This document shows positions 1 to 10,391 of a stretch of 64,000 nucleotides of DNA, piece after piece. This stretch comes from Candidatus Bathyarchaeota archaeon (GTDB taxonomy: Archaea; Thermoproteota; Bathyarchaeia; 40CM-2-53-6): assembly GCA_963726255.1 (NCBI GenBank), contig CAVSBL010000002.1, positions 608,001 through 672,000 on the forward strand, read 5' to 3'. Below the pieces are notes generated by a model. That model was not told where the DNA came from and searched no databases. It saw only the letters and a program-made list of their open reading frames with translations. Made by a program: the position numbers and the translations under genes. Within the stretch, counting starts at the first letter, position 1; the number at the start of each line of letters is the position of its first letter.

Positions 1-8
1 AATCGAAA

Positions 9-1772
9 TTGCCCAGGCCGGGATTAATCGGGATTCTCGCTATGTGGGCGGCTGCGGTAACACTCACGGTTCTTGGCATAAATTATGCGGTCGTGATTCT
101 CTACGCGACCGTTGCCTTCGGCGTCATTTTGAGCGTTTCAAAGTCTGAGGTGCGCGGAGTTGCAATCGGTGATGTGTTGGCTCCTACGCTGAGCATTTTC
201 GTTCTCATAGAGGCGTCGCCCCTGTACTATTGGGCTGGTGCCGCGCTCAACCCACACGGACAAGTGGGGTTGTTATCTCAGGAGCTTGAACTCAACCTGA
301 CCTTTTCGCTTTTTCCAATAGCTATTGGGCTGATGCTTCTGCTGCTCTTATCCTGGATACCCCTAACAATACGTTTTCCGCGCAAACCACTTGTTATTCG
401 CTATGAACCAACCGCTAAGCCCACTAACATCAGACTGCTGGCTGCTTCGCTGGACCTATTCGCAATTCTAGCCATAATCATATTCTTCTACCCGTACCTG
501 GCGGGGCAGGCATGGATTGTTGGAGTCGATTCCTACTGGAGGTACCTGAACCCGCTGAACGCCCTGGCCGGCCTCACAATGTACCAGGCGTTCGCTACGT
601 CGTACACACACGGATTGTACGTTGCATTCCTTTACCTCATAGAACTCGCAACGCGCATGAGTATTTTCTCAGTCGTGAAATATGCTCCACTAATTCTCGC
701 CTTTGCAACAGCCTCAACAGTCTTCCTGGCGATCCTTAAGGGAGGGTGGAATCAAGAACTTGCAATCCTTTCAGCAATATGCACCTTGCTTTGGTTGCCA
801 ACGACGCTTGGGATCTACGCCGGCATTCAAGCCAACTGGGTTGCCTACTTGCTCTGGATGCTCTTTCTCTCACTTTACTTTCGAAGCGGGACTTGGAATG
901 TGATAACCTTCGTTGTCGAAGGATTCATCTCGTTCGCTATTTTCGTAATTCATCCTTGGACTTGGGGAGTCTTTTTCACAACGCTGCTGATAACCATCCT
1001 CGTTTCCTGGCGTACTGCATGGAAGGATCGGTCAGTACGGGGTGCGCTGGCAGCGGTCATCATTGCTCTCCCGGTGGGTGCAGGAGCTTACGAGGTTCTT
1101 CCGAACTTAAGGTATGATATGATGAATGCCCTCGGCCTGTACGCCTCGCCAGTTATCCAGCCGAGTAGCTTGCTAACGTTTGGGAGTGCAATGCAAGAAC
1201 TATTCGTGAATTGGACTCCTTTCATTTCGCCCCTCCTCCTTCTCCTCTGCCTAGTCGGCGTCTACAGCCTTTCTGGAAGGCAGGGAGGGGCAAGAAACTA
1301 TTTGGTGGCCTGGATCGTTACTTGGTTTATTGGATCAATCCTCGTTGCCCCATCCGGATACAACCCGACCAATCCCGGGGTGAGCGAAACGGGCCTATGG
1401 CGGATGCTTTACGTTTCACCGCTCCCAATCCTCCTTGCCTTAGGCTTGGAGAAATGCCTGGACATTTCGAAGCGGTGGCAAATCCCTAGCTTAGGAGAGA
1501 ATTGGCCTCGGAAATCACACCTCACCTCTTTGGCGTTGATTGCCGTGAGTGCGGGCCTGTTCCTCTTCGAGGACCCACTTGTTAGATTAGCAATCTTAGC
1601 GGGCGTCGTTGTTGGGGTCATAGTGGTTGAATTCAAGTTTCCGAGGTATCAGACGGCTCGAAGCTTTCTTGCGGTGATTCTGATCCTCCTCTTGGTGAAC
1701 GCCGCCTTCCGCAGCCTTTACCCCTTGCTACTCGACCCCCACAGCCTTTTCGGGCCAGTGGGAGCACAGTAG
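9..1772 (+). CDS. Polytopic membrane protein, possibly GT-C-like; may be truncated at the window edge
   Basis: 587-aa ORF with many hydrophobic segments; GVDSYWRY loop and HPWTW motif resemble GT-C-type membrane proteins. Confidence 0.6.
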   Translation: MPRPGLIGILAMWAAAVTLTVLGINYAVVILYATVAFGVILSVSKSEVRGVAIGDVLAPTLSIFVLIEASPLYYWAGAALNPHGQVGLLSQELELNLTFSLFPIAIGLMLLLLLSWIPLTIRFPRKPLVIRYEPTAKPTNIRLLAASLDLFAILAIIIFFYPYLAGQAWIVGVDSYWRYLNPLNALAGLTMYQAFATSYTHGLYVAFLYLIELATRMSIFSVVKYAPLILAFATASTVFLAILKGGWNQELAILSAICTLLWLPTTLGIYAGIQANWVAYLLWMLFLSLYFRSGTWNVITFVVEGFISFAIFVIHPWTWGVFFTTLLITILVSWRTAWKDRSVRGALAAVIIALPVGAGAYEVLPNLRYDMMNALGLYASPVIQPSSLLTFGSAMQELFVNWTPFISPLLLLLCLVGVYSLSGRQGGARNYLVAWIVTWFIGSILVAPSGYNPTNPGVSETGLWRMLYVSPLPILLALGLEKCLDISKRWQIPSLGENWPRKSHLTSLALIAVSAGLFLFEDPLVRLAILAGVVVGVIVVEFKFPRYQTARSFLAVILILLLVNAAFRSLYPLLLDPHSLFGPVGAQ

Positions 1773-1802
1773 GTCCCTGTTCTGTATCGAGCAACCATAT
1801 GC

Positions 1803-1810
1803 TATATATA
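1803..1810 (+). promoter_or_regulatory. TATA box for 1831..2481 (probably leaderless)
   Basis: TATATATA about 21 nt upstream of the ATG. Confidence 0.5.
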
Positions 1811-1830
1811 CCGAAGGTAAGGTTTATTTC

Positions 1831-2481
1831 ATGATGCCAATGCAGGCTTTGAAGCTAACCGCCATAGTTGCACTCGTACTTTTCGCACTGCCGATGGTCT
1901 CGGTATTCGGCGCGGGCTATGCGATATCCACACCAATCCTTGGAACCACAGGCGCTCCCGCTCTGGCGTCCCCAAGTCTCTACTCCGGTGTCTTGAGCGT
2001 CCTTTACGCGGATGGAGCACCAGTCGTGCTAGCCTCCAATCATATAACGCTGAACGTGTGTGGAACTACGGGTTGCGTGACGGTTGCCTCGACATTGAAG
2101 CAGACGGCTCCTGGAACGTACACTTACACGTTCACACCACCATCTCTCACCGGAACAATCACCATATACATTCAGTCGGGTAGCCTAGCCGATGACAATG
2201 GAAGAATCTTCCCGAGCGTCGATACTTCCATAGGTACTTACGCCTCTGCAGCTTCAAGCACGTCGAGTTCAGGTCAGTCGTCAAATCCTGTTCCAACTCA
2301 AACCCCAACTCAGACTCCCGCAGCACAACCACAATCCCCTGAGTCAACCCAGTTAACCAAGCAAGCTGTTTCCAGCACGGAACCTAACCAGCAATCACCC
2401 GTCTCAGAAGTCGTTTTGGCCTTGACTCTTCTCGCAGTTGCAGCCGTCGGCCTAGTCTTGTATCCATCGCGGCTCCTATGA
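1831..2481 (+). CDS. Secreted Ig-like protein with S/T/P/Q-rich linker and C-terminal membrane anchor
   Basis: Signal peptide, beta-rich core, TPTQTPTQ linker, C-terminal TM helix. Confidence 0.7.
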   Translation: MMPMQALKLTAIVALVLFALPMVSVFGAGYAISTPILGTTGAPALASPSLYSGVLSVLYADGAPVVLASNHITLNVCGTTGCVTVASTLKQTAPGTYTYTFTPPSLTGTITIYIQSGSLADDNGRIFPSVDTSIGTYASAASSTSSSGQSSNPVPTQTPTQTPAAQPQSPESTQLTKQAVSSTEPNQQSPVSEVVLALTLLAVAAVGLVLYPSRLL

Positions 2482-2606
2482 CTCGGTTGCCAGCGCCGTC
2501 CTCAGATTAACCAGAGTCTTTCTGCTCTGCACTATTCAGGGTGTGGGCTTCTAACCCCGCAAGTTAGTATCGAAAATACCTCAGAACCAGAGGAATTGCA
2601 GATAGT

Positions 2607-3908
2607 TCAACGTGCAACCTGAGGCACAACAGATAGCAGAAGGATGATTCCGTATACAGTTGCTGCTAGAAATATGCCAGCTAGGAATACGGCGGCGATA
2701 CGCAATCTCCGCCGGTTGATCAGCACACCGGTCCTACCATAGGCAGGCGCCAGGAGCTCTGAGCCTGTCAACAGGAAGATGGACATAACTGCCGCCCATA
2801 AACTCAGGCTGCCCAACGTCAACGGCAGAAATGGAACCGACTGCGCCAAAATCAAATTCAGTCCTCCCACCGGGTTAGTGGAAGTCTCAGAGTTCGGATG
2901 TGAATTATCATAGGTAGAATCGCGATAAATCATGGTCCACCCAAAGCGTTGACCCGCTAAGAGAGTTGTCCTAAACCCGACTCCAGGTCTCGAGCCCCCC
3001 ATAATACTAGGGTCGAGTGTCATCGCGCTGATACCGGCAATATCCAAGAACGTTGCCCCGGCTGGCAACGTAATATTAAATGAACCCGGCACAGAATGGT
3101 ATCCATCGCTGAAGGTTCCCCACGCCGATTCCTGCCAATTGAACACGAAAACTCCTCCATTCAATCCCCACAAACCATACACAAGGTCGAAACTCAACGC
3201 GAATCTATACCCGTCTGAGCGCGCAGCACCCAGATTAACCACAACTCGGCCGGTTTTATTGGACGCCACTACATCAAGCGCACGTTTCGAGGGGAATTCG
3301 TAGGCGGTAATGTTCGTTGCAAAAGGCAGATACACCAGGTAGGAGCTCCAAGTGCCATTGCTAGGGTGAATTGTAACCATCAAATCCCCATGGACACGAG
3401 GTGGCTCGGACTGTGTAACCTCGAACTTCCAATAGTCATCCTGCGTGATAATCGAGATGACTGAAAAATAGTCCGAGTAAAGATTGATACCGCCAGCCTG
3501 CAAAGTCAGTGTCCAAAGTCCGAACTTGGTTGCGGCGTCAGTGTACCTGACTGGGAAATAGTAGGTGAAAGTACAAGGTGAAACATCACAGTGGAGTTGT
3601 TGGGTCTGATTAAGAAACACTTGCCCACCTGGATCGATCCAGAGCCAAGTTACATTCGCATCAGCTAAAGCCGCAGTGAAATATGCTAAGACCGCAGAGT
3701 CATCCTGGGTGAAAGCTGAGGTTTTGTTGACTGCACCAAAGTGCCCCTTCTGAGTGTAAGTGATTTGCTTGGTTAAACCGTGATCATACACTACTATGGC
3801 TACAGCGGGAGTCGCGCCGGCGCGACTATCCACTGGTAACGCAACAGCCAACAGCGAAAGCAAAATTGCCAAAAGGCATTTTGTTGGGAGGACTAGGCGC
3901 GAGGCCAT
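2607..3908 (-). CDS. Secreted/membrane-anchored surface protein
   Basis: 433 aa; signal peptide, beta-rich domains, two C-terminal TM helices. Confidence 0.7.
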   Translation of the reverse strand: MASRLVLPTKCLLAILLSLLAVALPVDSRAGATPAVAIVVYDHGLTKQITYTQKGHFGAVNKTSAFTQDDSAVLAYFTAALADANVTWLWIDPGGQVFLNQTQQLHCDVSPCTFTYYFPVRYTDAATKFGLWTLTLQAGGINLYSDYFSVISIITQDDYWKFEVTQSEPPRVHGDLMVTIHPSNGTWSSYLVYLPFATNITAYEFPSKRALDVVASNKTGRVVVNLGAARSDGYRFALSFDLVYGLWGLNGGVFVFNWQESAWGTFSDGYHSVPGSFNITLPAGATFLDIAGISAMTLDPSIMGGSRPGVGFRTTLLAGQRFGWTMIYRDSTYDNSHPNSETSTNPVGGLNLILAQSVPFLPLTLGSLSLWAAVMSIFLLTGSELLAPAYGRTGVLINRRRLRIAAVFLAGIFLAATVYGIILLLSVVPQVAR

Positions 3909-3919
3909 GGCGAACGTGC

Positions 3920-4957
3920 CTATAGCCTTGGTCGGTTCAGCAACTCATAAGTGGAATAGGTCGTCCTCTTGTCCGAGGACAATACGTCCTCCTCGAAAAG
4001 CACGGCCTTCCCTGAAGCAATCGCGAGAATGCATGCCAACGCGCTACACATAGGGCACCCAAGCCCGCACCGCCTGCTCGTTTCCCGTATTTCTCTACAG
4101 AAATCGGTATAAATTGAATCTACGAGTTTCAAGTCTACTCGGTCGCCTTTTACTTTAGCCTCGACATCGCGTACAATCTCAAGGTCCTCAACTAAGACCT
4201 TCGGCAGAGCTCGAAGAACCGTCTCCACTCCACAGTTTTTCAAGGTGAAACCCAGTTTCTTCTCAATCAAGCTGGCTAGCGCGAGACCAGGCGGCACTAC
4301 TAACATGCCTCGAGGGTCGTCGAGGAAGGTTTTGCCTTCAACCGCACTGCTCTCGGGTAGCCTTGAAAATGGCTCGAAAGGAACGAAGACAACAGCCTTC
4401 TCCTTTCCAGCCGGGATATATACCCCCTTCTCACGATAGCCCATTCCCATCATCATTTTATCAATGGTCTTCAATGATGAAACTGCAGTTGCATTCATCA
4501 AATCCGACTTCACGTATTTTTGCGGTTGAACGAAGAATGCAAGCATTCCCCAGAGTACTAATCCGAGGCCGATGAAGGTTAGGATTGTCGAGGTAATCAA
4601 GACTGAAGCTGTCAAAGTCACAAAACCAATTCCTAAGAGAAGATACCCTGCCAACCGAGAGACATTTTGCGATTTTCTAATCGCAGCTCCTATTGATGGT
4701 TCATGATCAAGTTGGGGGAGAGCTTCAGCTGTAGGGAGTTCGAGCACTGATTCATTTTGACCAACATCGCGATTCTCTACAGAAATTGCGCTGGGATCAG
4801 CCAATCCACTCAAACGTCGATCCATGTCGCTTGTCCTAGTTCTGGCAACTCGTAGAAGTGAAGAATATCTTTCGGAGCATTCTTCGCACAGAATATCTCC
4901 ACTCATCGACGGCCGTGTTCCGCAAACCTCACACTTAAGCTTCCGCAATCTTAACAA
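3920..4957 (-). CDS. Hypothetical membrane protein with N-terminal Zn-ribbon and C-terminal V4R-like Cys motif
   Basis: CEVC...CEEC at the N-terminus, two TM helices, C-terminal CGLGCPMCSALAC. Confidence 0.65.
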   Translation of the reverse strand: MLRLRKLKCEVCGTRPSMSGDILCEECSERYSSLLRVARTRTSDMDRRLSGLADPSAISVENRDVGQNESVLELPTAEALPQLDHEPSIGAAIRKSQNVSRLAGYLLLGIGFVTLTASVLITSTILTFIGLGLVLWGMLAFFVQPQKYVKSDLMNATAVSSLKTIDKMMMGMGYREKGVYIPAGKEKAVVFVPFEPFSRLPESSAVEGKTFLDDPRGMLVVPPGLALASLIEKKLGFTLKNCGVETVLRALPKVLVEDLEIVRDVEAKVKGDRVDLKLVDSIYTDFCREIRETSRRCGLGCPMCSALACILAIASGKAVLFEEDVLSSDKRTTYSTYELLNRPRL

Positions 4958-5320
4958 CTATCCCCAATGAGCTGCGAACGTCTTAACCAAGTACTGCTCG
5001 CTTTAAGAATTGATGTGGCGCGAACAGCAACGCGTGCTGCCGCTACATCGCGTCCCTGGCTGAGAACCGCTGTTGCGTCGTTCTTCGACACATGCAAGCT
5101 AAAGTAACCTCCGTATCACCAATTTTCGTATCAATGCTGGTTGTGGGAGTAGCTTAGCCAAATTCAAACGACAGCGATGCGTAATGCCAACGCACTCTAA
5201 TAGGTAGAATGCTGGAGGTAACTAGAAATCAGTCGCGTTTGTTCTATGATGAACAACTAGTCATGTGATTCATAAAACTACTTAAACAATCACTCCAATT
5301 GTGAGAACGTTGACTAAGAA

Positions 5321-5755
5321 ATGCTGCCTGGACCTACCACAAAAGAATTCGAGATTTCATTAGGCTCATGGAAGTCATCGCGCGAACTGTTTTCGCGAAA
5401 GAAGCCATTTTTGACATTTGACATGTTATCCACATTGCGGCTCAGCAGTATTAGAAAGGGCAGCTGGGCGAAGTTAAGCTCTACTGAGAAAGCGCTGTTT
5501 CGATGCGCCCTCTGGGTCGCTCAAGTAAGGAAGCGCATAGTCAATGAGACGTTGGTGGCGCAAGTCTTGGACATAGCATGGCATCTCCTTGAAAGCATCC
5601 AGAACCGCATCACAGTCGTCGGTGAAAATAGAGCTAGGATTATGCTAGAGAAATACAGCAAGCCCGATGGAGTCTTCGATTGGGCTCCCCAAGTGAAAAA
5701 ATGGCTGTATGATATGACGTACGTTTTCTATCTGGGGGTAAACTCGCAACCATGA
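5321..5755 (+). CDS. Hypothetical protein
   Basis: 144-aa ORF; stop overlaps the next start (ATGA). Confidence 0.55.
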   Translation: MLPGPTTKEFEISLGSWKSSRELFSRKKPFLTFDMLSTLRLSSIRKGSWAKLSSTEKALFRCALWVAQVRKRIVNETLVAQVLDIAWHLLESIQNRITVVGENRARIMLEKYSKPDGVFDWAPQVKKWLYDMTYVFYLGVNSQP

Positions 5756-6744
5756 TGATGGAAAGTTCAGAGAAGAACATCGAACGCCTAGAGGCCCCCC
5801 AAAGCAACGACACACTCATGTTCCATCTGTCAAGAATGGGTCTCATCAGAAACGTCACGCTGAGCGACGGAACGATAGAATATCAAGTGACCGCCCGAGG
5901 TCTCCAATATATAGCAGACTATGAAGCTATTCAACACGAATCAGAGTCGTCGAGTTACACAATCCCTCATTTGAACACGGTTCCATTTCCGCCAGAAAAT
6001 GGAATTGCTTTTTTGCGTGCCTGCAACAAATCTGAATTCAGCTTACAACTCGAATATACCAATATGACGCGGGTATCCTTACTGATTCCCACGCTACATG
6101 AAAAGAAGAACATTGGGAATCTCTTGAATAGCTTAGCAGAAAACGTCCCAGGGCTCAAAGAGATAATCGTTGTTGACGGAGGCGGAGATGGGACCGCCGA
6201 AGTCGCGGCTGCACTAGGCGTGCGGGTCATTCTCCAAGAAGCAGTTGGAAAGGGTGATGCCTTGCGGCAGGCATTTGCAAGCAATTTTAGCGGAGACGTC
6301 GTTGTAACCATTGATGCTGATGGGTCGAACCGACCTGAAGAAATTCCGCGACTTGTCAAAGCCGTGCAGAACGGAGCAAGCATTGCGAAAGGGTCTCGCT
6401 TCTTAAAGGGTGGCGGATCAACTGACCTAAGCCGAATTCGGAAAATCGGCAACTACCTGTTCGTCCACCTCGTGAATCTAATCTGGCCAGGAGATTACAC
6501 GGACCTTTGCTATGGGTTCGTTGCTTTTAGGAGAGATGCGTTGATGAAGCTCGCGCCATTATTGGAATCGAAGCACTTCGAGATAGAAACAGAAATCTGC
6601 ATCAAGGCACGGAAACTTAGACTGAAAGTAGTAGAGGTACCCAGTATCGAACTAAAGCGACGGCATGGGACCTCCAAGTTGCGAGGGGTTCATGACAGCG
6701 TGCGCATAATGAAGACCGTAATACGCGAACTATTTTCCACTTGA
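5752..6744 (+). CDS. GT2 glycosyltransferase (DPM1-like) with N-terminal wHTH-like extension
   Basis: LLIPTLHE, VVDGG, IDADGS (DxD), GSRF, FEIETE motifs; GT2 core starts near Met at 6064. Confidence 0.85.
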   Translation: MMMESSEKNIERLEAPQSNDTLMFHLSRMGLIRNVTLSDGTIEYQVTARGLQYIADYEAIQHESESSSYTIPHLNTVPFPPENGIAFLRACNKSEFSLQLEYTNMTRVSLLIPTLHEKKNIGNLLNSLAENVPGLKEIIVVDGGGDGTAEVAAALGVRVILQEAVGKGDALRQAFASNFSGDVVVTIDADGSNRPEEIPRLVKAVQNGASIAKGSRFLKGGGSTDLSRIRKIGNYLFVHLVNLIWPGDYTDLCYGFVAFRRDALMKLAPLLESKHFEIETEICIKARKLRLKVVEVPSIELKRRHGTSKLRGVHDSVRIMKTVIRELFST

Positions 6745-6934
6745 CTTATTGGGTATAGTGCCTAGAGAACTTAATGGTTCCTATGAACGGGCTATCGTTG
6801 CACTCAAATAGTGCATCAGTGTAGTCGGTTTCGGTTATGACGAACGCGAAAAGTAACCGAAGGCTTGCAATACCAAACCCATTCACACTGGGCGGATTCG
6901 TTGTGCTTATAGCCCTGGTGGAAAGTCATTCAGC

Positions 6935-7552
6935 TTGAATAGCGGAGAAACCGAGAATTCTGGCGCTGAGACCCAGAGCCTAGATGCCCAAGCGCTAGGC
7001 TATCTAAAGAAGAAGGGCACCCTAAGCGTCCCGGAACTATACGAGGAGCTCAGAACTGGAAACCCCTCCCTAACCAGATCTGAGACCACGGACTTGGTTT
7101 GGCATCTGGTTGAACAGGAACAGGTTGATGTTAAAGACCAGCCACCCCCAGCCAAATCGCTTTGGGAATATCTGCGATTTTGGGAGCGGAACATTTCCTT
7201 CTACGTGCCATTGGCGATCTCACTAGCGACTGTACTCGTGATCTACATGGTGCCGCCTGAGTTTCCTTGGGTGGTCTCACGTTGGGTGGTTGGCTCAGTG
7301 TTTGTGCTCTTCCTTCCAGGATATGTGACGGTAGAGGCACTCTTCCCGAAGGCGCGTGACTTGGATGGAATCGAGCGTTTCGCGCTGAGTGTTGGGCTTA
7401 GTTTGGCTCTGGTTCCGCTGGTTGGTCTGCTATTGAACTATACTCCATGGGGGATCAGACTGACCCCGATCGTGATCTCGCTGAGCATCCTCACGCTAGG
7501 AATCGCCATGGTCGGATTGGTAAGACAATATAGAATGAAAAGTGATCACTGA
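6935..7552 (+). CDS. DUF1616-type membrane protein with N-terminal wHTH-like region
   Basis: LFLPGY...LFP...IERFALSVGLSLALVPLVGLLLNYTPWGI signature. Confidence 0.8.
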   Translation: MNSGETENSGAETQSLDAQALGYLKKKGTLSVPELYEELRTGNPSLTRSETTDLVWHLVEQEQVDVKDQPPPAKSLWEYLRFWERNISFYVPLAISLATVLVIYMVPPEFPWVVSRWVVGSVFVLFLPGYVTVEALFPKARDLDGIERFALSVGLSLALVPLVGLLLNYTPWGIRLTPIVISLSILTLGIAMVGLVRQYRMKSDH

Positions 7553-8605
7553 TTGCAAGATCTTGCACAGGAAAGCGTGGGCGTCCAAGTGAAGGTCAGT
7601 ATAGTTGGTCTGGGAAAGATGGGCTTGCTTCATGCAGGGATTGTCAATTCGCTGTCAGGCGCGACTGTGACCTCCGTATGCGAGAAGGATCTGTTCTTGT
7701 CGGCGGCTGCCAGAGCGATCTTACCGAAGAATGTAGTCGTGTACAGAGATGTCAGAAAGATGATTTCCGAGGAAGATTCAGACGCGGTTTTCGTGACCAC
7801 TCCCATTGACACTCATGTTTCCATAATACATGATTTACTCAAGGCAAAGACGGATCTCAGCGTGTTTGTGGAAAAACCCCTGGCGGTTTCTGACGAGCAA
7901 GCAAGGATTGCATGCGAAGTCACAAAGGGTTCACGAGGAGTGCACATGGTTGGATTCCAGAAGAGGTTCTCGCCAGTCTTTCAGAAAGCGCGGGAACTCC
8001 TGAAAGACACGGTTGAGGCGCCCATATTTTTCAGAGCATACTGTCTTTCTTCCGATGTGCTCCGCGAGGGAAGTGCGTGGCGATCAAAGAAGGGTTCTGG
8101 TGGGGTTCTGCTCGATTCGGCGCCTCACTTGTTGGATATTCTAATATGGTTTTTTGGAGAACCAACCTCCGTCATGGCGGTCAAAAAGCATGTGTACTCG
8201 CGTGCGGTTGAAGACTACGTTCACGCAATCTTTTCATTCGAATCGGGTTTGCAGGGGCACATAGATGCCTGTTGGAGCGTGAGCAATTATCGCCTTCCCG
8301 AATTCCTTCTTGAGATTCATGGAAGAAACGGGATGTTGACTGTAACCGATGATTTCGTCAAGTTTGCCACCGGAAAACAGGCAGGTGAGAAGGGAGGCGG
8401 GCGGGTGTATTACAGACAGTCCTTTCATACGAGAGTGCCTTTTCTCCTAACCGACGCAGAATACACGCTGGAGGACGTTGCTTTTCTAGACGCCATTCGA
8501 ACTCGAACCAAACCAGAAATGAATTTCGTTCAAGCTGCGAAAGTCAACGCCCTAATTGACAGAATTCTTCAGCACAGTGAACAAGGAGGGAGCAGATCAC
8601 GCTGA
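7553..8605 (+). CDS. Gfo/Idh/MocA family oxidoreductase
   Basis: IVGLGKMG, VFVEKP, GFQKRF, GGVLLDSAPHLLD. Confidence 0.9.
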   Translation: MQDLAQESVGVQVKVSIVGLGKMGLLHAGIVNSLSGATVTSVCEKDLFLSAAARAILPKNVVVYRDVRKMISEEDSDAVFVTTPIDTHVSIIHDLLKAKTDLSVFVEKPLAVSDEQARIACEVTKGSRGVHMVGFQKRFSPVFQKARELLKDTVEAPIFFRAYCLSSDVLREGSAWRSKKGSGGVLLDSAPHLLDILIWFFGEPTSVMAVKKHVYSRAVEDYVHAIFSFESGLQGHIDACWSVSNYRLPEFLLEIHGRNGMLTVTDDFVKFATGKQAGEKGGGRVYYRQSFHTRVPFLLTDAEYTLEDVAFLDAIRTRTKPEMNFVQAAKVNALIDRILQHSEQGGSRSR

Positions 8606-9498
8606 AAACTCTGCTAATTGGAGACAATAGTTTCATCGGAGTAAGCCACCTGTCGCAGGAAAGAGCAAGAGAAAGAGCAGAAAAGCTCGATGTGAAATCA
8701 CTCGTCGAAATAGTTGAGACCGCTGTCTCATGCGGAGCGACAGGGTACACGTTCTCCACACATCCAGTAAATCTACGGATTTTGAAGGCATTGCAAAATT
8801 CATCGAAAATCAGGGATGAATTTGGCCTGTACCCAGTACTTCCATATGCTCAAGCCTATGTGAGACTTGCAAATGAGAAGGGAATGAGAGGCCTAATCGA
8901 CGACATCCTGTCTAGGCTATCGTTGCCCGACAAAGCGAAAGCCCTCTTCAAAAGTAGTTTCTCTGCGCTTCGACTAGACCCGCTCGGGCTCTTGAAGGCG
9001 TATGTAGACATGGAACTCGCGGGTTACCTCAGTGAGAAACCGGAAAATGCCACGCTTCGGAGTGTGCTGCTCCATGAAGTGGTTACGGATCTCTGCTTGG
9101 GGTTACGAGATGTTCAATTGTTGGATGCTTTTGCTCAGCACATACGAGAAAAGTATCATGCTAGCCCAGGGTTTGTGACCTACAATCTCGTGGGGCTAGT
9201 CGAGCTGCTGCGAAAAGCAGGACTTACCTTAGAAGACATGGTCATCATGACTCCTTTCAATAGTGCCGGATACCAAATGAGTCCCTCGAGGCAATTATGC
9301 GAAACATGTCTGTCAACCTTAGACGAAGCAGATGTCATCGCCATGAGCATCATAGCAGGAGGCTACCTGAAATTTGACGAAGCCTTTGACTACATTCGAA
9401 CATTGCCAAACCTTTCAGGAATAGCTGTTGGGGTTTCATCCAAAGAACATGCAAAAGAAACATTCACGAAGCTCGACGAACTCTTACCTAGAGACTGA
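8602..9498 (+). CDS. Conserved hypothetical protein, possibly aldo/keto-reductase-like fold; probable CTG start
   Basis: Frame is open upstream of GTG 8692 and encodes LLIGDNSFIGVSHLSQERAR; CTG at 8602 overlaps the upstream TGA; GGAGGG upstream. Confidence 0.7.
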   Translation: MKTLLIGDNSFIGVSHLSQERARERAEKLDVKSLVEIVETAVSCGATGYTFSTHPVNLRILKALQNSSKIRDEFGLYPVLPYAQAYVRLANEKGMRGLIDDILSRLSLPDKAKALFKSSFSALRLDPLGLLKAYVDMELAGYLSEKPENATLRSVLLHEVVTDLCLGLRDVQLLDAFAQHIREKYHASPGFVTYNLVGLVELLRKAGLTLEDMVIMTPFNSAGYQMSPSRQLCETCLSTLDEADVIAMSIIAGGYLKFDEAFDYIRTLPNLSGIAVGVSSKEHAKETFTKLDELLPRD

Positions 9499-9602
9499 AC
9501 CTAACTTGTCGTGTTATCTTTCGGTCGACCTTGCTTAGCAAGATTCTAGGACTATTAATCAACGTAAGCACGCACTAATATTATGGTAGCCCTGAGAATG
9601 TC

Positions 9603-10008
9603 ATGGCGGCAGATTTGGCATATTCATTCGACGCATCATTCTTTCGTATGCTACTTGACCAAAAGAGCATTCAACCTAAACTTATTTTTGTTATTGGGTG
9701 CGGCAGCGCCGCGGACGAAGCATATCACGTTCAGCATGCAACCAACACGTTTGTAATTGGTGTTGATCTTGAGGGTCGTCAAGAGCGTCACAATTCTGAT
9801 GACTTGCAACTATTACGATGCAACGCTGAACAACTACTCTTCCGCAACTCTACCTTCAACGCAATCTACTCTTATCACACGCTTGAACGTGTCAAGGACG
9901 ATCAGACAATGCTCAAAGAGATGCAACGTGTGTTAGCCATAGGAGGTATCGCATATGTTGGGACTCCGAATAAACTGCGGCTAATAGGATACATAGCAGG
10001 AAGAGAAC
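9603..10008 (+). pseudogene. Class I SAM methyltransferase, N-terminal remnant
   Basis: IGCGS, LFRNSTFNAIYSYHTLE, EMQRVLAIGG motifs; continues into unrelated sequence. Confidence 0.6.
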
Positions 10009-10239
10009 TTGGAGACGATCAGGGATGCCGGAACATTCTTCAGAAACAAGAACATGGAGGACTTGCGCAAGAAGATTCGTCTGCTTTTTTCGAAGGGAGA
10101 CATAGTGGAAGATCACAGAAAGAAGACTGTGGATCGAGTCACGGAGTTGTATTCGTGGGACACGATTGCAGATCATATGGAAAGCGTTTACTTGTCAGTG
10201 TTAAAAGAAGAATCCAGAAGGCTGGATCAGCAAGCCTGA
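10009..10239 (+). pseudogene. GT4 glycosyltransferase, C-terminal remnant
   Basis: ETIRDAG...EDLRKKI...YSWDTIADHMESVY, a typical GT-B C-terminus without its N-terminal part. Confidence 0.65.
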
Positions 10240-10391
10240 GCGTTGGTCCTCTCAATAGAGAGCCCCTCACCCAGTCATATTCATAATACACCGGCTAAGC
10301 TGGTTCTTCAGATCAGCCTCGTTTTCCTTGACGCTTGTGCTTATATTGTCATTATCAAGAATCCAAAGGACGCTACAAAATGTGGTGATAC

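Noticed and set aside
5012-5049. Hairpin GATGTGGCG...CGCTACATC as an ncRNA
   Set aside because: Single isolated stem-loop with no family features or second copy
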